In this document: positions 16,551-25,358 of the stretch, piece after piece
Layout of the letters: each line of letters opens with the position of its first letter
How positions within the stretch are numbered: the first letter of the stretch is position 1
Origin: Shigella phage SFP17
Direction: 5' to 3' (one strand)
Sequence record: MN432485
Length of the DNA: 51,296 nt
Notes under the pieces: model-generated
Told to the model about the DNA's origin: nothing
Seen by the model: the letters and a program-made list of their open reading frames with translations, nothing else
Databases searched by the model: none
Program-made: the position numbers and the translations under genes

Positions 16551-17612
16551 TTAAATAAGATATTGCTTAAACTGGCGTCGCACCCAATCAGGAGTATCAA
16601 GGCAAACCTCCGGCTCACCGTTTGAATACGAAGGCCAAACGTCATGTTGCTGGCACATGGCAAACTGGTTAATTACGCTCATGTACTGAATGCGCCCGAT
16701 CTTCAATTGCTCGCTATTCATGCGGAAAGCCAACGGCAAATAAGGCTCTTTATTCTCTTGCGCTAACAGTCGAACAACTATAGGTCGCTTTTCTTCTGGA
16801 TACGCTTTTCTGAATAAATCACATTGCAACGCCATTTTCAAATAATAGCCGTGATTGTAAGCCAGGCGCATAAACTCAACCGGATTCGCGCTCATTGTGG
16901 TTTTGTAGTCTGTGATCACAATGGCCTCTGGATAAATAATATCGCGGCAAATCGGATGACCTTTTTCATCGTAACCATCAATCAGCGTTGCGGTGACGTT
17001 CTTTGTTACGTCAACGTGATCGCATCGCACTTTGACTTTTACGCCGTTGATTTCACCGAACAACGATAATTCACGTTGTGCTGTCTTGCTATTCATACAT
17101 GCGTTATGTTCCGGTATTGATTCCAGAACCTGGCGCATTGCAACGCACGCATCGTAATCTTTAGATTCGATTAGCTGTACGCCGTCAGCCCTGGCCTGGC
17201 TTTCTGCGATCATCTCAATCAACCACATAACGTTAAGGTCTTCTCCGCAATCCACCATCATTTTGATAAGGTCTGGATAAGTCTTTCCTGTTGTACCTTT
17301 CAGGCCAAATGATTTCAGCTTTGCAGCAAGTGCCGTTTGGCTAGTTATCAGATCCTTAAAGTCTTCTGGCGCTGGCGCGCGTCGATAGGTTTTTTCGAAA
17401 AGCTCCTTGCTTTCAAAGTTGGTATGCGACTGCGTACCGAAAACTAGCGCCTTGCTCTTATCGTCACGCGGCTTGAACTTCCACGCTGCCGGGCATGTGC
17501 TGTAAATCTCTGCCAGGCTTGAACCGCTAACATAATCAGCCGTCCACGCTTCTGGATCGTGATAAAGCTCATTGCTCATTTCTTCGCTGGTGTACGCCAT
17601 AAACTTATTCAT
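16551..17612 (-). CDS. PD-(D/E)xK recombination exonuclease (353 aa)
   Basis: ITDYKTT catalytic-core motif; RBS GAGGG; first gene of the exo-erf-ssb module. Confidence 0.8.
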   Translation of the reverse strand: MNKFMAYTSEEMSNELYHDPEAWTADYVSGSSLAEIYSTCPAAWKFKPRDDKSKALVFGTQSHTNFESKELFEKTYRRAPAPEDFKDLITSQTALAAKLKSFGLKGTTGKTYPDLIKMMVDCGEDLNVMWLIEMIAESQARADGVQLIESKDYDACVAMRQVLESIPEHNACMNSKTAQRELSLFGEINGVKVKVRCDHVDVTKNVTATLIDGYDEKGHPICRDIIYPEAIVITDYKTTMSANPVEFMRLAYNHGYYLKMALQCDLFRKAYPEEKRPIVVRLLAQENKEPYLPLAFRMNSEQLKIGRIQYMSVINQFAMCQQHDVWPSYSNGEPEVCLDTPDWVRRQFKQYLI

Positions 17613-17722
17613 GATTTGCCCTCATTGGTTGGTATGTCTGCATTGTAGCTATTTGATGCGTTTAGTCAATAGTTATTTTGTTTTTTCTGTTCTAACAACG
17701 TTCTCACCAACTTGGATAACAA

Positions 17723-17738
17723 AACTTACATGTAAGTT
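17723..17738. promoter_or_regulatory. 16-bp perfect palindrome AACTTACATGTAAGTT
   Basis: Exact inverted repeat ~110 bp upstream of exonuclease start, flanked by GGATAACAAA and TTGATAAAT. Confidence 0.4.
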
Positions 17739-17830
17739 ATTGATAAATATACGCGTTGTCTTTTTGTTCTCTTGTTCCTCCATTTGCGCCGGATATAGAT
17801 ATATAGACACACACAACCACTGACACATAC

Positions 17831-17940
17831 ATAATCACAATAAAAATCACCGGACACGCAAAATCACACAAAACATAGATAACAAGAAAAAACAAATATA
17901 AATATATATACTACTAACTTATTGATTTATATGTATGTAT
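17831..17940. repeat. iteron/AT-rich repeat block, copy A
   Basis: ATCACA/ATCACC iterons incl. TAAAAATCACC, then AACAAATATAAATATATATACTACTAACTTATTGATTT; ~85 percent identical core to 47491-47530; plus strand almost G-free. Confidence 0.6.
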
Positions 17941-18039
17941 ATATATTTATCTGTATGTATTGCGCTCTATTGTTGCTCACATTTTGAGCTAAATTTAAGC
18001 CTCCGCAGATTTGAGAACGCAGGATAACAAAAAGAACAG

Positions 18040-18083
18040 GATAGCACTTTTTGCTAAACGCCCACCGCAAGATCGTGTATAGT
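18040..18083 (+). promoter_or_regulatory. conserved-motif promoter upstream of cor
   Basis: GATAGCACTTTTTGCTAAACG + 21 nt + TATAGT. Confidence 0.5.
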
Positions 18084-18114
18084 TGCAACCAACAACAACT
18101 AAGGAGACACCAAA

Positions 18115-18342
18115 ATGAAAAAGTTAATCGCCGTTTTGATTGCCACCGTTGCACTGACTGGATGTGCAAATATGCCTAAGCGTGAATGCACGGCTATTTA
18201 TGAAAATAGCGGCATGCAGTATTCAGTTGCTATTTTTGGAGCAAAACGAGTTGGCGATCGCACTCTTGTTAAGGCTGGCTATCCGTTTAATTTTCAGTGG
18301 GTAAGTATTGATAACTTTAAAAACGCTGATTGCAGCATGTAA
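18115..18342 (+). CDS. cor: Cor-like superinfection-exclusion lipoprotein
   Basis: Signal peptide with lipobox LTGC; 75 aa; between tail and recombination modules; strong RBS AAGGAGA and own motif promoter. Confidence 0.55.
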   Translation: MKKLIAVLIATVALTGCANMPKRECTAIYENSGMQYSVAIFGAKRVGDRTLVKAGYPFNFQWVSIDNFKNADCSM

Positions 18343-18352
18343 ATAAAAATAA

Positions 18353-18376
18353 AGGGGCGAAAGCCCCTTTTTCTAT
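18353..18376. terminator. bidirectional intrinsic terminator after cor / end of tail operon
   Basis: AGGGGC-gaaa-GCCCCT with T-rich flanks on both strands. Confidence 0.75.
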
Positions 18377-19014
18377 TGGTCGTAAACATCAGTCTTTATT
18401 GCAATTATTGAATTTCCGTTATTTGTTATAGAGCCTGTTCCTGGCGTTGTCCTTGCTGCACCTATCCTTGTGCTTGAACCATCATACCTGCATGATGTAT
18501 ATATGTCAGACGCACCCATACCTATAACCGCACCAAGCCTTGATGGGCAAACAGCATAAGAACCAGATAATGTCTGATCTATATTAGTTCCCCCTGAAGA
18601 ACCAGGAGTACCAATTGTCACAAGGTCTGTTAGCACCCTGCTTTCATTAGTTAAAACCAACTTGCCGCTTGCATCCCATATAGCCATGCCATATTTTGGT
18701 AGAGTTTGAGGGAATATGGCAAATATATAAACAGTCATTGTAAATGATTGACCGTATGGATTGCCTCCGTTTACATAAATGTTGCCACCATTCCTGTAAG
18801 CTATTAATGCAGTTGGCTGCTGTGTGTTTGTTGTTTTTATAAATGCCATACATGGATAAGATTGGTTTAATGGTATATTTGCGCTTGCGCTATGATAGGC
18901 AGAAGTGCCAGAAGATGAATAAGTGTACTTGCCATATAAGCAAAATGGCGTTGATTTTGGTGTGATAAATGGATTCCCATTTGATAAAGATAACATTGCT
19001 CCATATTCAGCCAT
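18373..19014 (-). CDS. putative tail-tip associated protein, paralog B (213 aa)
   Basis: ATG at 19014 with RBS GAGAGGG; N-terminus MAEYG shared with upstream gene; internal WDASGK repeat of the N-terminal WDANGK. Confidence 0.6.
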   Translation of the reverse strand: MAEYGAMLSLSNGNPFITPKSTPFCLYGKYTYSSSGTSAYHSASANIPLNQSYPCMAFIKTTNTQQPTALIAYRNGGNIYVNGGNPYGQSFTMTVYIFAIFPQTLPKYGMAIWDASGKLVLTNESRVLTDLVTIGTPGSSGGTNIDQTLSGSYAVCPSRLGAVIGMGASDIYTSCRYDGSSTRIGAARTTPGTGSITNNGNSIIAIKTDVYDQ

Positions 19015-19015
19015 T

Positions 19016-19321
19016 TTAAGCCCTCTCAAGAAAAACAACTAACTCGCACTTTGAAGAAGAATACCTATTTGGACCAACTGACGATATAGGACTAATTCTT
19101 ATTGTATTTCCAGATGCCACTATTTCCCTTCCAACTCCTCTAGCGCCTTCATCAAGTGAAACAACATACCCAACCTTAAAACCACTTGGAATGCTAAAGC
19201 TCCACGATCCGCTTGTCTGACCAGCGGCAAGACTGATGACACCAACAACGGAAACTGGCTTGATTCCGTAGTTGTTATACTTCCCGTTAGCATCCCACGT
19301 TGAAACACCATATTCAGCCAT
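19016..19321 (-). CDS. putative tail-tip associated protein, paralog A (101 aa)
   Basis: ATG at 19321 with strong RBS GGAGG; MAEYGVSTWDANGK N-terminus; directly downstream of J. Confidence 0.55.
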   Translation of the reverse strand: MAEYGVSTWDANGKYNNYGIKPVSVVGVISLAAGQTSGSWSFSIPSGFKVGYVVSLDEGARGVGREIVASGNTIRISPISSVGPNRYSSSKCELVVFLERA

Positions 19322-19339
19322 TATTAAACCTCCATAAAT

Positions 19340-19357
19340 GCGGGGCAAACGCCCCGC
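19340..19357 (-). terminator. hairpin after J-like gene (weak terminator)
   Basis: GCGGGGC-aaac-GCCCCGC followed by ATTTAT on minus strand. Confidence 0.35.
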
Positions 19358-19364
19358 TTTGATT

Positions 19365-22300
19365 TTACCACGTACCAGTAAGCCTACCAATCTGAACACG
19401 CAAGCGCCCGTTTGCATCCCTAACGCTGATCGTTTCGTTTGTCATTTTCATGGCTCCCTCTCCAGGAGTAGAACCATAATTTTCAAACGTGCCGTTTTTA
19501 TCCAACCTCCATCCTGTTTGATTCCAAACGTAATTGTTTGATTGGATGAAGTTACCGATCATGGCGTTTGTGATTGATCCGTTCTTAACTAACAAGCTGT
19601 TGATGAATACTTGGTTATTTTCAACAACGAAAGGCAGCGTATACACTCCGCCAGTCGAACTTGTCATGATGGCGAACCTGTTCGCATCAAACAAAATCTG
19701 CGAAATAAGGCCGGATGAACCCTGCGAAAGCTGCATTACCATTCCTGCGCTGTACTGCTGCCCGTTGTAGGTCAATCCCAATTTCATTGCGTACTGTGAA
19801 CCAACGCCATTAACGCCAGCCCATGAATCAAGTTTTTCAGTCAGCGCCGATTCAACATCTCCAAACTTCGCTGTTAATGCTGTATCAGCCGAAACGCGCG
19901 CCTCTGTTTCGTTTGCAATCGCTTCCTCAACCCGCGTTAATTGCCCCTGAATATCATCACCAATCTGTGATTTCAATTCCTCAATGGCTGTTGCTCGCGT
20001 TTCCGATTCTGTTGCAATTGCCTGATCAAGCCTCGTTACTTCGCTAGTTATTTCCTCGTCAAATTCAGCCTTGAGTTGCGTCATTGCGGTAACGCGCGCC
20101 TCAGTTTCACTTGCGATCAATTGGATTGATTGCCTGAATTCGGCTTTGCGTTTTCCGTTTTCCTTCCTCATAATCCTGACGTCTGCATCATTCGCCAATG
20201 CGTTTTGAATGATGCTTTGTGCCTGATCCTTGATTTTGTTTGCGCTATCAATGGCATTCTCTTTCAGATCCTTTCCTGCTTCGGTATCAAAAATCTTATC
20301 AAGAATATCGCCTAAAACAGCCTCCACATCATCTGAAGCCATGCCTCTAACAAAATCAGTCCAGCCGGAAACGTTGCCGATTCTGTCAACGCTGCGGATT
20401 CTATACCATACAACATGACCAGCCGGAAGCGTACCGTGCCAGTATTCATATTGTGGATATGGGATCAGCGTTAACAGGCTTGAGTTTTCCGCTGTTCCAT
20501 CTGGCGACTGATGAAGCTCAATGTATGCCGTGTCTCCGCTCCCTTCTGGCATCCCCCACTTAACACGAATGCCAAACACCTCATTGTCGGATGCTGTTAA
20601 GTTAATTGGCGCGCCTGGCTCTCCTACCTTACCAGTCAGTGAAGCTGTCACAATTCTGGACCAAGGAGACGTAGAACCGGAAGCAGAAACAGATCTAACC
20701 CTTACCTGGTAGTTTCCTGAATAAATACCTTCAACCTCAATTTCTTTGTTTGCAGTCTGTGGTGTATTCAGCCAGTTGCCATCACCTTTTCGCCATTGCA
20801 TTTCATACAGCGATGCGTAAGGTACTTTATCCCACGACACAACCATTGTTTCAACGCTTGCACCCTGGACAATTCGCGAGTATGAGGATATTTGCACATT
20901 TTCCGGTGCTGCCATTGTGTCAGGCTGGACAATTGACGTTGGTCTGTCGTCAATGTTTACTCCATAATCAATCTCGTCGTATTTGTTCGGGTCATATTCA
21001 ACAGCCGTGATGGAGTATGTAAACTCATCATCATCATCACCTTTGCCGATACTCGTTACAACGTATTGCTGCAATGCAATATCAGTGCGGTCGATTGCAA
21101 AAACTGTGTCTGGTTTAACTTCAAACCCAAAACCAATGTTTAGTTCAATAGTTTTTCCGTCACCGCTTACTTTTGAGATTGTGCGCTTAACTGGCTTTCC
21201 GTCCGGTTTGTTGATGATAATGAAATCACCTGGTCGCGCGTCAATCTTAAACGGAGCGAACACCTGCAAGCCGGAAACTTCCATCACGCGCCCTGATAGG
21301 TTTAATTTAAGGTTGCTGCTGTGAAAATTGTCAGCAATAGCAATCACATCACCTATTGATGGGATCATGCCTTCCAGTCCAGTAGCAAAGTTTACCGTAG
21401 TGCTGCGCAAGTTGGTTTTTAGTATCCATCGACCGCGCCGATTAGCCTCACTCCTGCGTGTACATCCGATCGCGGTTATGCTTGTAGGATTGTATCCAAA
21501 GCGCAATGCTGCCTCGTTGTCGAATACGCCCTCTACGTCCTGTTGATACATGTTTTGTTCGTCGTCGAACGTCACGTTGCACTGCGTGTACATGCTCTTT
21601 TCGCTTGCTGTTGTGTACTGAAAATCACCATCAACAACGTTGTCATTGGTGAAGATGTACGACGGATCGCGCGGCTTATCAATGACGATTGACAAGCTCT
21701 CGCCATTCCAAAAGCTCATTCCTCGGAAGATTGAGCAAATATCACGAATAAGCTGATAAGCCTCAATCTGGCTTTGAATCACAACGTCGCATAGATAACG
21801 CGGCTCTGTACCGCCTTTTCCATCCGGCACTTTCTGATCGCAGTATTGCGCCGCTTCGTAAAGACTCCATTTGTCAACCTGCACACCAAGTTCTCGCTGA
21901 TCTAATCCGTATCGCTGGTTTGTGATAATGTCATAAAGAACCCACGCCGGATTGTTCGACCACGCTTTCTTGAAAGTACCATCCCATGAACCGTGATACT
22001 CTCGCATTACCGGATCGTAATTGCTCGGAACATTAATTAACTTCCATTTCTTCTTGATTGAAATGTTAGGGATCTGGTTAGGGAACAACTCACTGTCAAA
22101 TTCAACGTATACAAGACCAGTCAGAGGATAACGGAATTTTGCATCAATAACCTCAGCGTAACTTTGTATCTTAATCAGATCAGTAACACGAGAAGATGCG
22201 CTGTCTGCCGTAACCCTTCTAACCCTAAGTAATACGCGATCATTAAATGCCGGAAGGTCAATCCTTCGGCTCCTGTCGTAACCTGACCGCGTTTTACCTT

Positions 22301-22790
22301 CGATAGTGTCTCGCAATACTTCTTTGTAAGAGTCTCCGTCAACAGCCATATCAACAGCATAAGTGACCTTAACACCTACAAGATCGCCGTTATCCTCTTG
22401 CTTGATGCCTGTTGGCATTAGCATTTTGATTCTGATAGCCGATAATGTTTTGTTGGTTACAGAAATTACATAAGGATTTGATGTAGTAATGTCACGCGCC
22501 AGCGTCACTTCGCTTGATGTGTCAGTAAATCCCTGGATGTAATCTTGCGTCTGCGTTCCAGGTCGAAATTCAGCTTTCACACCCTGGTAGTTAACAGTTC
22601 CGTCGTCTGCAATTACCGGAACATCATCAAGATACAGATCGCGAAGTGTAAAACTTGGATCGCACTCACCATCGGAAACGGCAAGAAGTATTTTGATTTT
22701 GTTGATTGAGATCAGGTTATCTTCCATCTCTTTCGGAACATAAGGTTTTGATGATCCACCCTTACTGCCCGTTATCATATTTTCAGCCAT
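19365..22790 (-). CDS. tail tip / host-specificity protein (lambda J-like)
   Basis: 1141 aa; lambda J-like size and position after I/K/L/M; RBS AAGGTG. Confidence 0.9.
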   Translation of the reverse strand: MAENMITGSKGGSSKPYVPKEMEDNLISINKIKILLAVSDGECDPSFTLRDLYLDDVPVIADDGTVNYQGVKAEFRPGTQTQDYIQGFTDTSSEVTLARDITTSNPYVISVTNKTLSAIRIKMLMPTGIKQEDNGDLVGVKVTYAVDMAVDGDSYKEVLRDTIEGKTRSGYDRSRRIDLPAFNDRVLLRVRRVTADSASSRVTDLIKIQSYAEVIDAKFRYPLTGLVYVEFDSELFPNQIPNISIKKKWKLINVPSNYDPVMREYHGSWDGTFKKAWSNNPAWVLYDIITNQRYGLDQRELGVQVDKWSLYEAAQYCDQKVPDGKGGTEPRYLCDVVIQSQIEAYQLIRDICSIFRGMSFWNGESLSIVIDKPRDPSYIFTNDNVVDGDFQYTTASEKSMYTQCNVTFDDEQNMYQQDVEGVFDNEAALRFGYNPTSITAIGCTRRSEANRRGRWILKTNLRSTTVNFATGLEGMIPSIGDVIAIADNFHSSNLKLNLSGRVMEVSGLQVFAPFKIDARPGDFIIINKPDGKPVKRTISKVSGDGKTIELNIGFGFEVKPDTVFAIDRTDIALQQYVVTSIGKGDDDDEFTYSITAVEYDPNKYDEIDYGVNIDDRPTSIVQPDTMAAPENVQISSYSRIVQGASVETMVVSWDKVPYASLYEMQWRKGDGNWLNTPQTANKEIEVEGIYSGNYQVRVRSVSASGSTSPWSRIVTASLTGKVGEPGAPINLTASDNEVFGIRVKWGMPEGSGDTAYIELHQSPDGTAENSSLLTLIPYPQYEYWHGTLPAGHVVWYRIRSVDRIGNVSGWTDFVRGMASDDVEAVLGDILDKIFDTEAGKDLKENAIDSANKIKDQAQSIIQNALANDADVRIMRKENGKRKAEFRQSIQLIASETEARVTAMTQLKAEFDEEITSEVTRLDQAIATESETRATAIEELKSQIGDDIQGQLTRVEEAIANETEARVSADTALTAKFGDVESALTEKLDSWAGVNGVGSQYAMKLGLTYNGQQYSAGMVMQLSQGSSGLISQILFDANRFAIMTSSTGGVYTLPFVVENNQVFINSLLVKNGSITNAMIGNFIQSNNYVWNQTGWRLDKNGTFENYGSTPGEGAMKMTNETISVRDANGRLRVQIGRLTGTW

Positions 22791-22824
22791 GCTTTTTCAC
22801 CTTTTGTGCTATTTGATTTGTTGA

Positions 22825-22853
22825 ATTATACGGGCAAAAAAAAAGCCGCGCAA
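22825..22853 (-). promoter_or_regulatory. sigma70-like promoter upstream of J-like gene
   Basis: TTGCGC - 17 nt - TATAAT overlapping the terminator of the upstream gene. Confidence 0.35.
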
Positions 22854-22860
22854 CGCGCGA
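22836..22860 (-). terminator. intrinsic terminator between I-like and J-like genes
   Basis: GC-rich palindrome GCGCaacGCGC followed on minus strand by nine T. Confidence 0.55.
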
Positions 22861-22870
22861 CTCTTTTATA

Positions 22871-23467
22871 TTAAGCCTTATCTTCTGCATAACTACCAGC
22901 CGACCAGATAGCTCCACCGACGGTCCTTTGACCGTATGGCAATGGTATTGGGTATCCTGCCGCCGTTGTGTTAACCGCACCGCCAAAAGCGTAAGACGGC
23001 TTATTCTCTGCTGATTGGGATGATAACCGCGACCCGCCTTGCTGTGGTGAAATCATTTGCATTACGCCGCCAAGCACCATAGCACCACCCATCATGAAAG
23101 CAGACGATGCAAAAGCACCCATCAACGCAAGTGAAGCGCCGCCAGTGAAAAATGCAGTCGCCATAATAACCGCCCCAAGAACAACCTGAAACAACCCACC
23201 AGACTTTGAACCTGTTGGGATTGGAATAATCCTCACTTCCTTTGCGCATTGCCACGCTTTTTCATCGTGCTGTCCTACATTCTTACCGTCAACAAATACA
23301 GCGTAACGCATACGCGATCCTACTTCGCTTTGCATGTAGTCCTTGAATCCTTCCACCTGCGAAGATAGTGCGCGTATTGCTTCTGGGTATGAATCAACAG
23401 CCAGCTTATGAAATACTCCAAATCTTCGGCCTAAAGATCCAGATAATTTAATTACCTTCAAAGTCAT
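22871..23467 (-). CDS. tail assembly protein (lambda I-like)
   Basis: Position between K and J; C-terminal Gly-rich hydrophobic segment. Confidence 0.65.
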   Translation of the reverse strand: MTLKVIKLSGSLGRRFGVFHKLAVDSYPEAIRALSSQVEGFKDYMQSEVGSRMRYAVFVDGKNVGQHDEKAWQCAKEVRIIPIPTGSKSGGLFQVVLGAVIMATAFFTGGASLALMGAFASSAFMMGGAMVLGGVMQMISPQQGGSRLSSQSAENKPSYAFGGAVNTTAAGYPIPLPYGQRTVGGAIWSAGSYAEDKA

Positions 23468-24179
23468 ATTTTAGATCCTTATGTCTACAAACCATTTTTG
23501 CATGTTCCTGATACCATCCAGAATACAAATCAACACTTGACAACTTGCCAAAGGCATGATGGAGCAATTGGTTGTTGCCAAGATAAATACCTGCATGATT
23601 CCACACTGGCGCGGAAAGCTGAAAGATAACCATATCACCAGGTTTTGGCGGCTCTCCTGTTTCAATAAAGCCCTCTTTCAGATAATTTTCTTGATAAAGA
23701 TTTTCACCGTGCTCAGGCTTCCACCATTCATATGGTTTCCTGAAGTCATTCAGGATAACGCCATGTTGCTTATGCCATGCCATAATAAGCCCCCAGCAAT
23801 CATACGCCCCAAGCGACCACGGGCGACCAATCAGAGGACGAGATTCAGGCTCAATGATTCTCATATCACCTTCGGGCCATGACACAATAACCCATGAAAC
23901 ACCCATTTCATCACACATGCATGTATCATGGGCGCTTGGAATTGTACTTGCCCCGTCTCCAGTGTGGCTATGCACAACAGCAATAAGATCGCCACTTTCG
24001 CACGCTTCAACGTATTCAATTGCGTCCATCTCAAAATGATTTTCAGGATCATCATGTACGTTGGTTATGCGGCGGTATTTTTGCACGCGTGATTTTTGAG
24101 TGATAACACCGCACGCCTCGCGCGGGTATTCATCTTTTACGTGCTGCATTATTTCAAGTTTTATTTTTGCACTAATCAT
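23448..24179 (-). CDS. tail assembly protein K-like (MPN/JAMM plus NlpC/P60)
   Basis: JAMM motif HSHTGDGASTIPSAHD; C-terminal Cys/His peptidase-like region; ATG overlaps L stop. Confidence 0.85.
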   Translation of the reverse strand: MISAKIKLEIMQHVKDEYPREACGVITQKSRVQKYRRITNVHDDPENHFEMDAIEYVEACESGDLIAVVHSHTGDGASTIPSAHDTCMCDEMGVSWVIVSWPEGDMRIIEPESRPLIGRPWSLGAYDCWGLIMAWHKQHGVILNDFRKPYEWWKPEHGENLYQENYLKEGFIETGEPPKPGDMVIFQLSAPVWNHAGIYLGNNQLLHHAFGKLSSVDLYSGWYQEHAKMVCRHKDLKYDFEGN

Positions 24180-24940
24180 CACTGATTTCTCCTTAACAGG
24201 CTTGCTACTGGCGCACCGCCAAAATCAAGCTGCTGATCTGCACCAAAACGAAGTTTGCACGCTGTTACAGTTCCGGCGCAAAAGTCTTGAGATGGATCGG
24301 TTACAGGATTGTTGTCTTTGTCAAACATTCGCGATCCATTGTATCCGCAACCCTTTCCGCTTCGATACCATCCACGCTGCGCCCAATAACAAACGCTTTG
24401 AGTTATTCGCGGAGGAATCATTATTCCATCCATATCATAAGGCGATGTCAGATCAAACTTTGCCATCATTCTATTGTAATGGCTTGGGCGCTCAATGTAA
24501 TAAACCAGCTTTCTTGAAGCGCCATCTTTAATGCTGCCATCTTTACCCATTAATTCTGCTGGCGTGATCCAGATTGTAACCTTAGCTTGCATCATGCCGT
24601 TAAAGTTGCGAATCATCGCGCTCACCTGGCTGTCAAGGTTTGACAGTATCAATTGTGGCTTATCAGCCTTTCCGTTGCTTGTGAAGTTGATACCTGATAT
24701 TCCGAACGGGCGCGCGCCGTAAACCTCACCACGGAATGTAATCTCTTTCGGCGGAAGAACTCCAGTTTCTCGCGCCTGCAATAATTCTTCCGCAGTGTAT
24801 GAGATGTTCTCATTGTGTATGCGGTAAATGTTTGCGCCAAACTTTGTTCCGTCAATTTCAATTAGCGTGATAATCTCGCCAGGGTAAAGGCTTTGCAGAC
24901 AATTTTCAAGATCCGCGCGACCTGTTTTTTCATTAGCCAT
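24179..24940 (-). CDS. minor tail protein L-like
   Basis: ATG at 24940 with RBS AGGAGG; C-terminal Cys cluster; position between M and K. Confidence 0.8.
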   Translation of the reverse strand: MANEKTGRADLENCLQSLYPGEIITLIEIDGTKFGANIYRIHNENISYTAEELLQARETGVLPPKEITFRGEVYGARPFGISGINFTSNGKADKPQLILSNLDSQVSAMIRNFNGMMQAKVTIWITPAELMGKDGSIKDGASRKLVYYIERPSHYNRMMAKFDLTSPYDMDGIMIPPRITQSVCYWAQRGWYRSGKGCGYNGSRMFDKDNNPVTDPSQDFCAGTVTACKLRFGADQQLDFGGAPVASLLRRNQ

Positions 24941-24962
24941 AATTGCACCTCCTTTCGTACAT

Positions 24963-24988
24963 TGTATCATCAATAAAAAAGCCGCACA
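24963..24988 (-). terminator. intrinsic terminator between M-like and L-like genes
   Basis: AAGCCGCC-loop-GGCGGCTT then TTTTTTATTG on minus strand. Confidence 0.6.
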
Positions 24989-25001
24989 AAGGCGGCTTGA
25001 A

Positions 25002-25358
25002 TTATTGCATTGATGTAAATTGTTCAGTAAATGTTGCTTTCACTTCCTGAACGGTTGCTGATATTGGAGTTAATCCAACGCTACCAGATTTCACCCTGAA
25101 TAGACCAGGTTGACCGTCAGGCATAAACCATAAAAACGGCTTCAGCCTGTGTCCATTCAGGAAGTCAACAACGTCTCTGTAATCCTTGCCAACATAGACA
25201 ATGGGAAACTCCCTGCGTACCGTGTTAAACCCTCCTGAAGCAACCTGCGTGTAACCATTGCCAAATGAGATTTCCCTGTCGTTATTCGATGTGGTCATAG
25301 TGCCGCCGCCTCCTTGCGTTTGCGTGCACCATTTGAATTGCTCAAGTTTCACTATCAC
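25002..25358 (-). CDS. minor tail protein M-like
   Basis: FKW...FGNGY...FLWFMPDG pattern resembles lambda M as recalled; GTG start overlapping tape measure stop (GTGA). Confidence 0.7.
   Translation of the reverse strand: MIVKLEQFKWCTQTQGGGGTMTTSNNDREISFGNGYTQVASGGFNTVRREFPIVYVGKDYRDVVDFLNGHRLKPFLWFMPDGQPGLFRVKSGSVGLTPISATVQEVKATFTEQFTSMQ

Noticed and set aside
17800-17945. Tandem and interspersed short repeats considered as a possible CRISPR array
   Set aside because: Repeats are 6-10 bp iterons and AT-rich low-complexity sequence, not 25-40 bp direct repeats with unique spacers; no cas genes.
17927-18169. ORF 17927-18169 (-) inside AT-rich region A
   Set aside because: Lies in the low-complexity AT-rich repeat and overlaps the cor promoter and start; translation is Cys/Leu/Trp-rich junk typical of AT-rich non-coding DNA.
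22791-22830. Fragment AAATAGCAC between the -10 and RBS of the J-like gene
   Set aside because: Only the first 9 nt of the conserved motif, located downstream of the -10 rather than upstream; treated as coincidental or vestigial.
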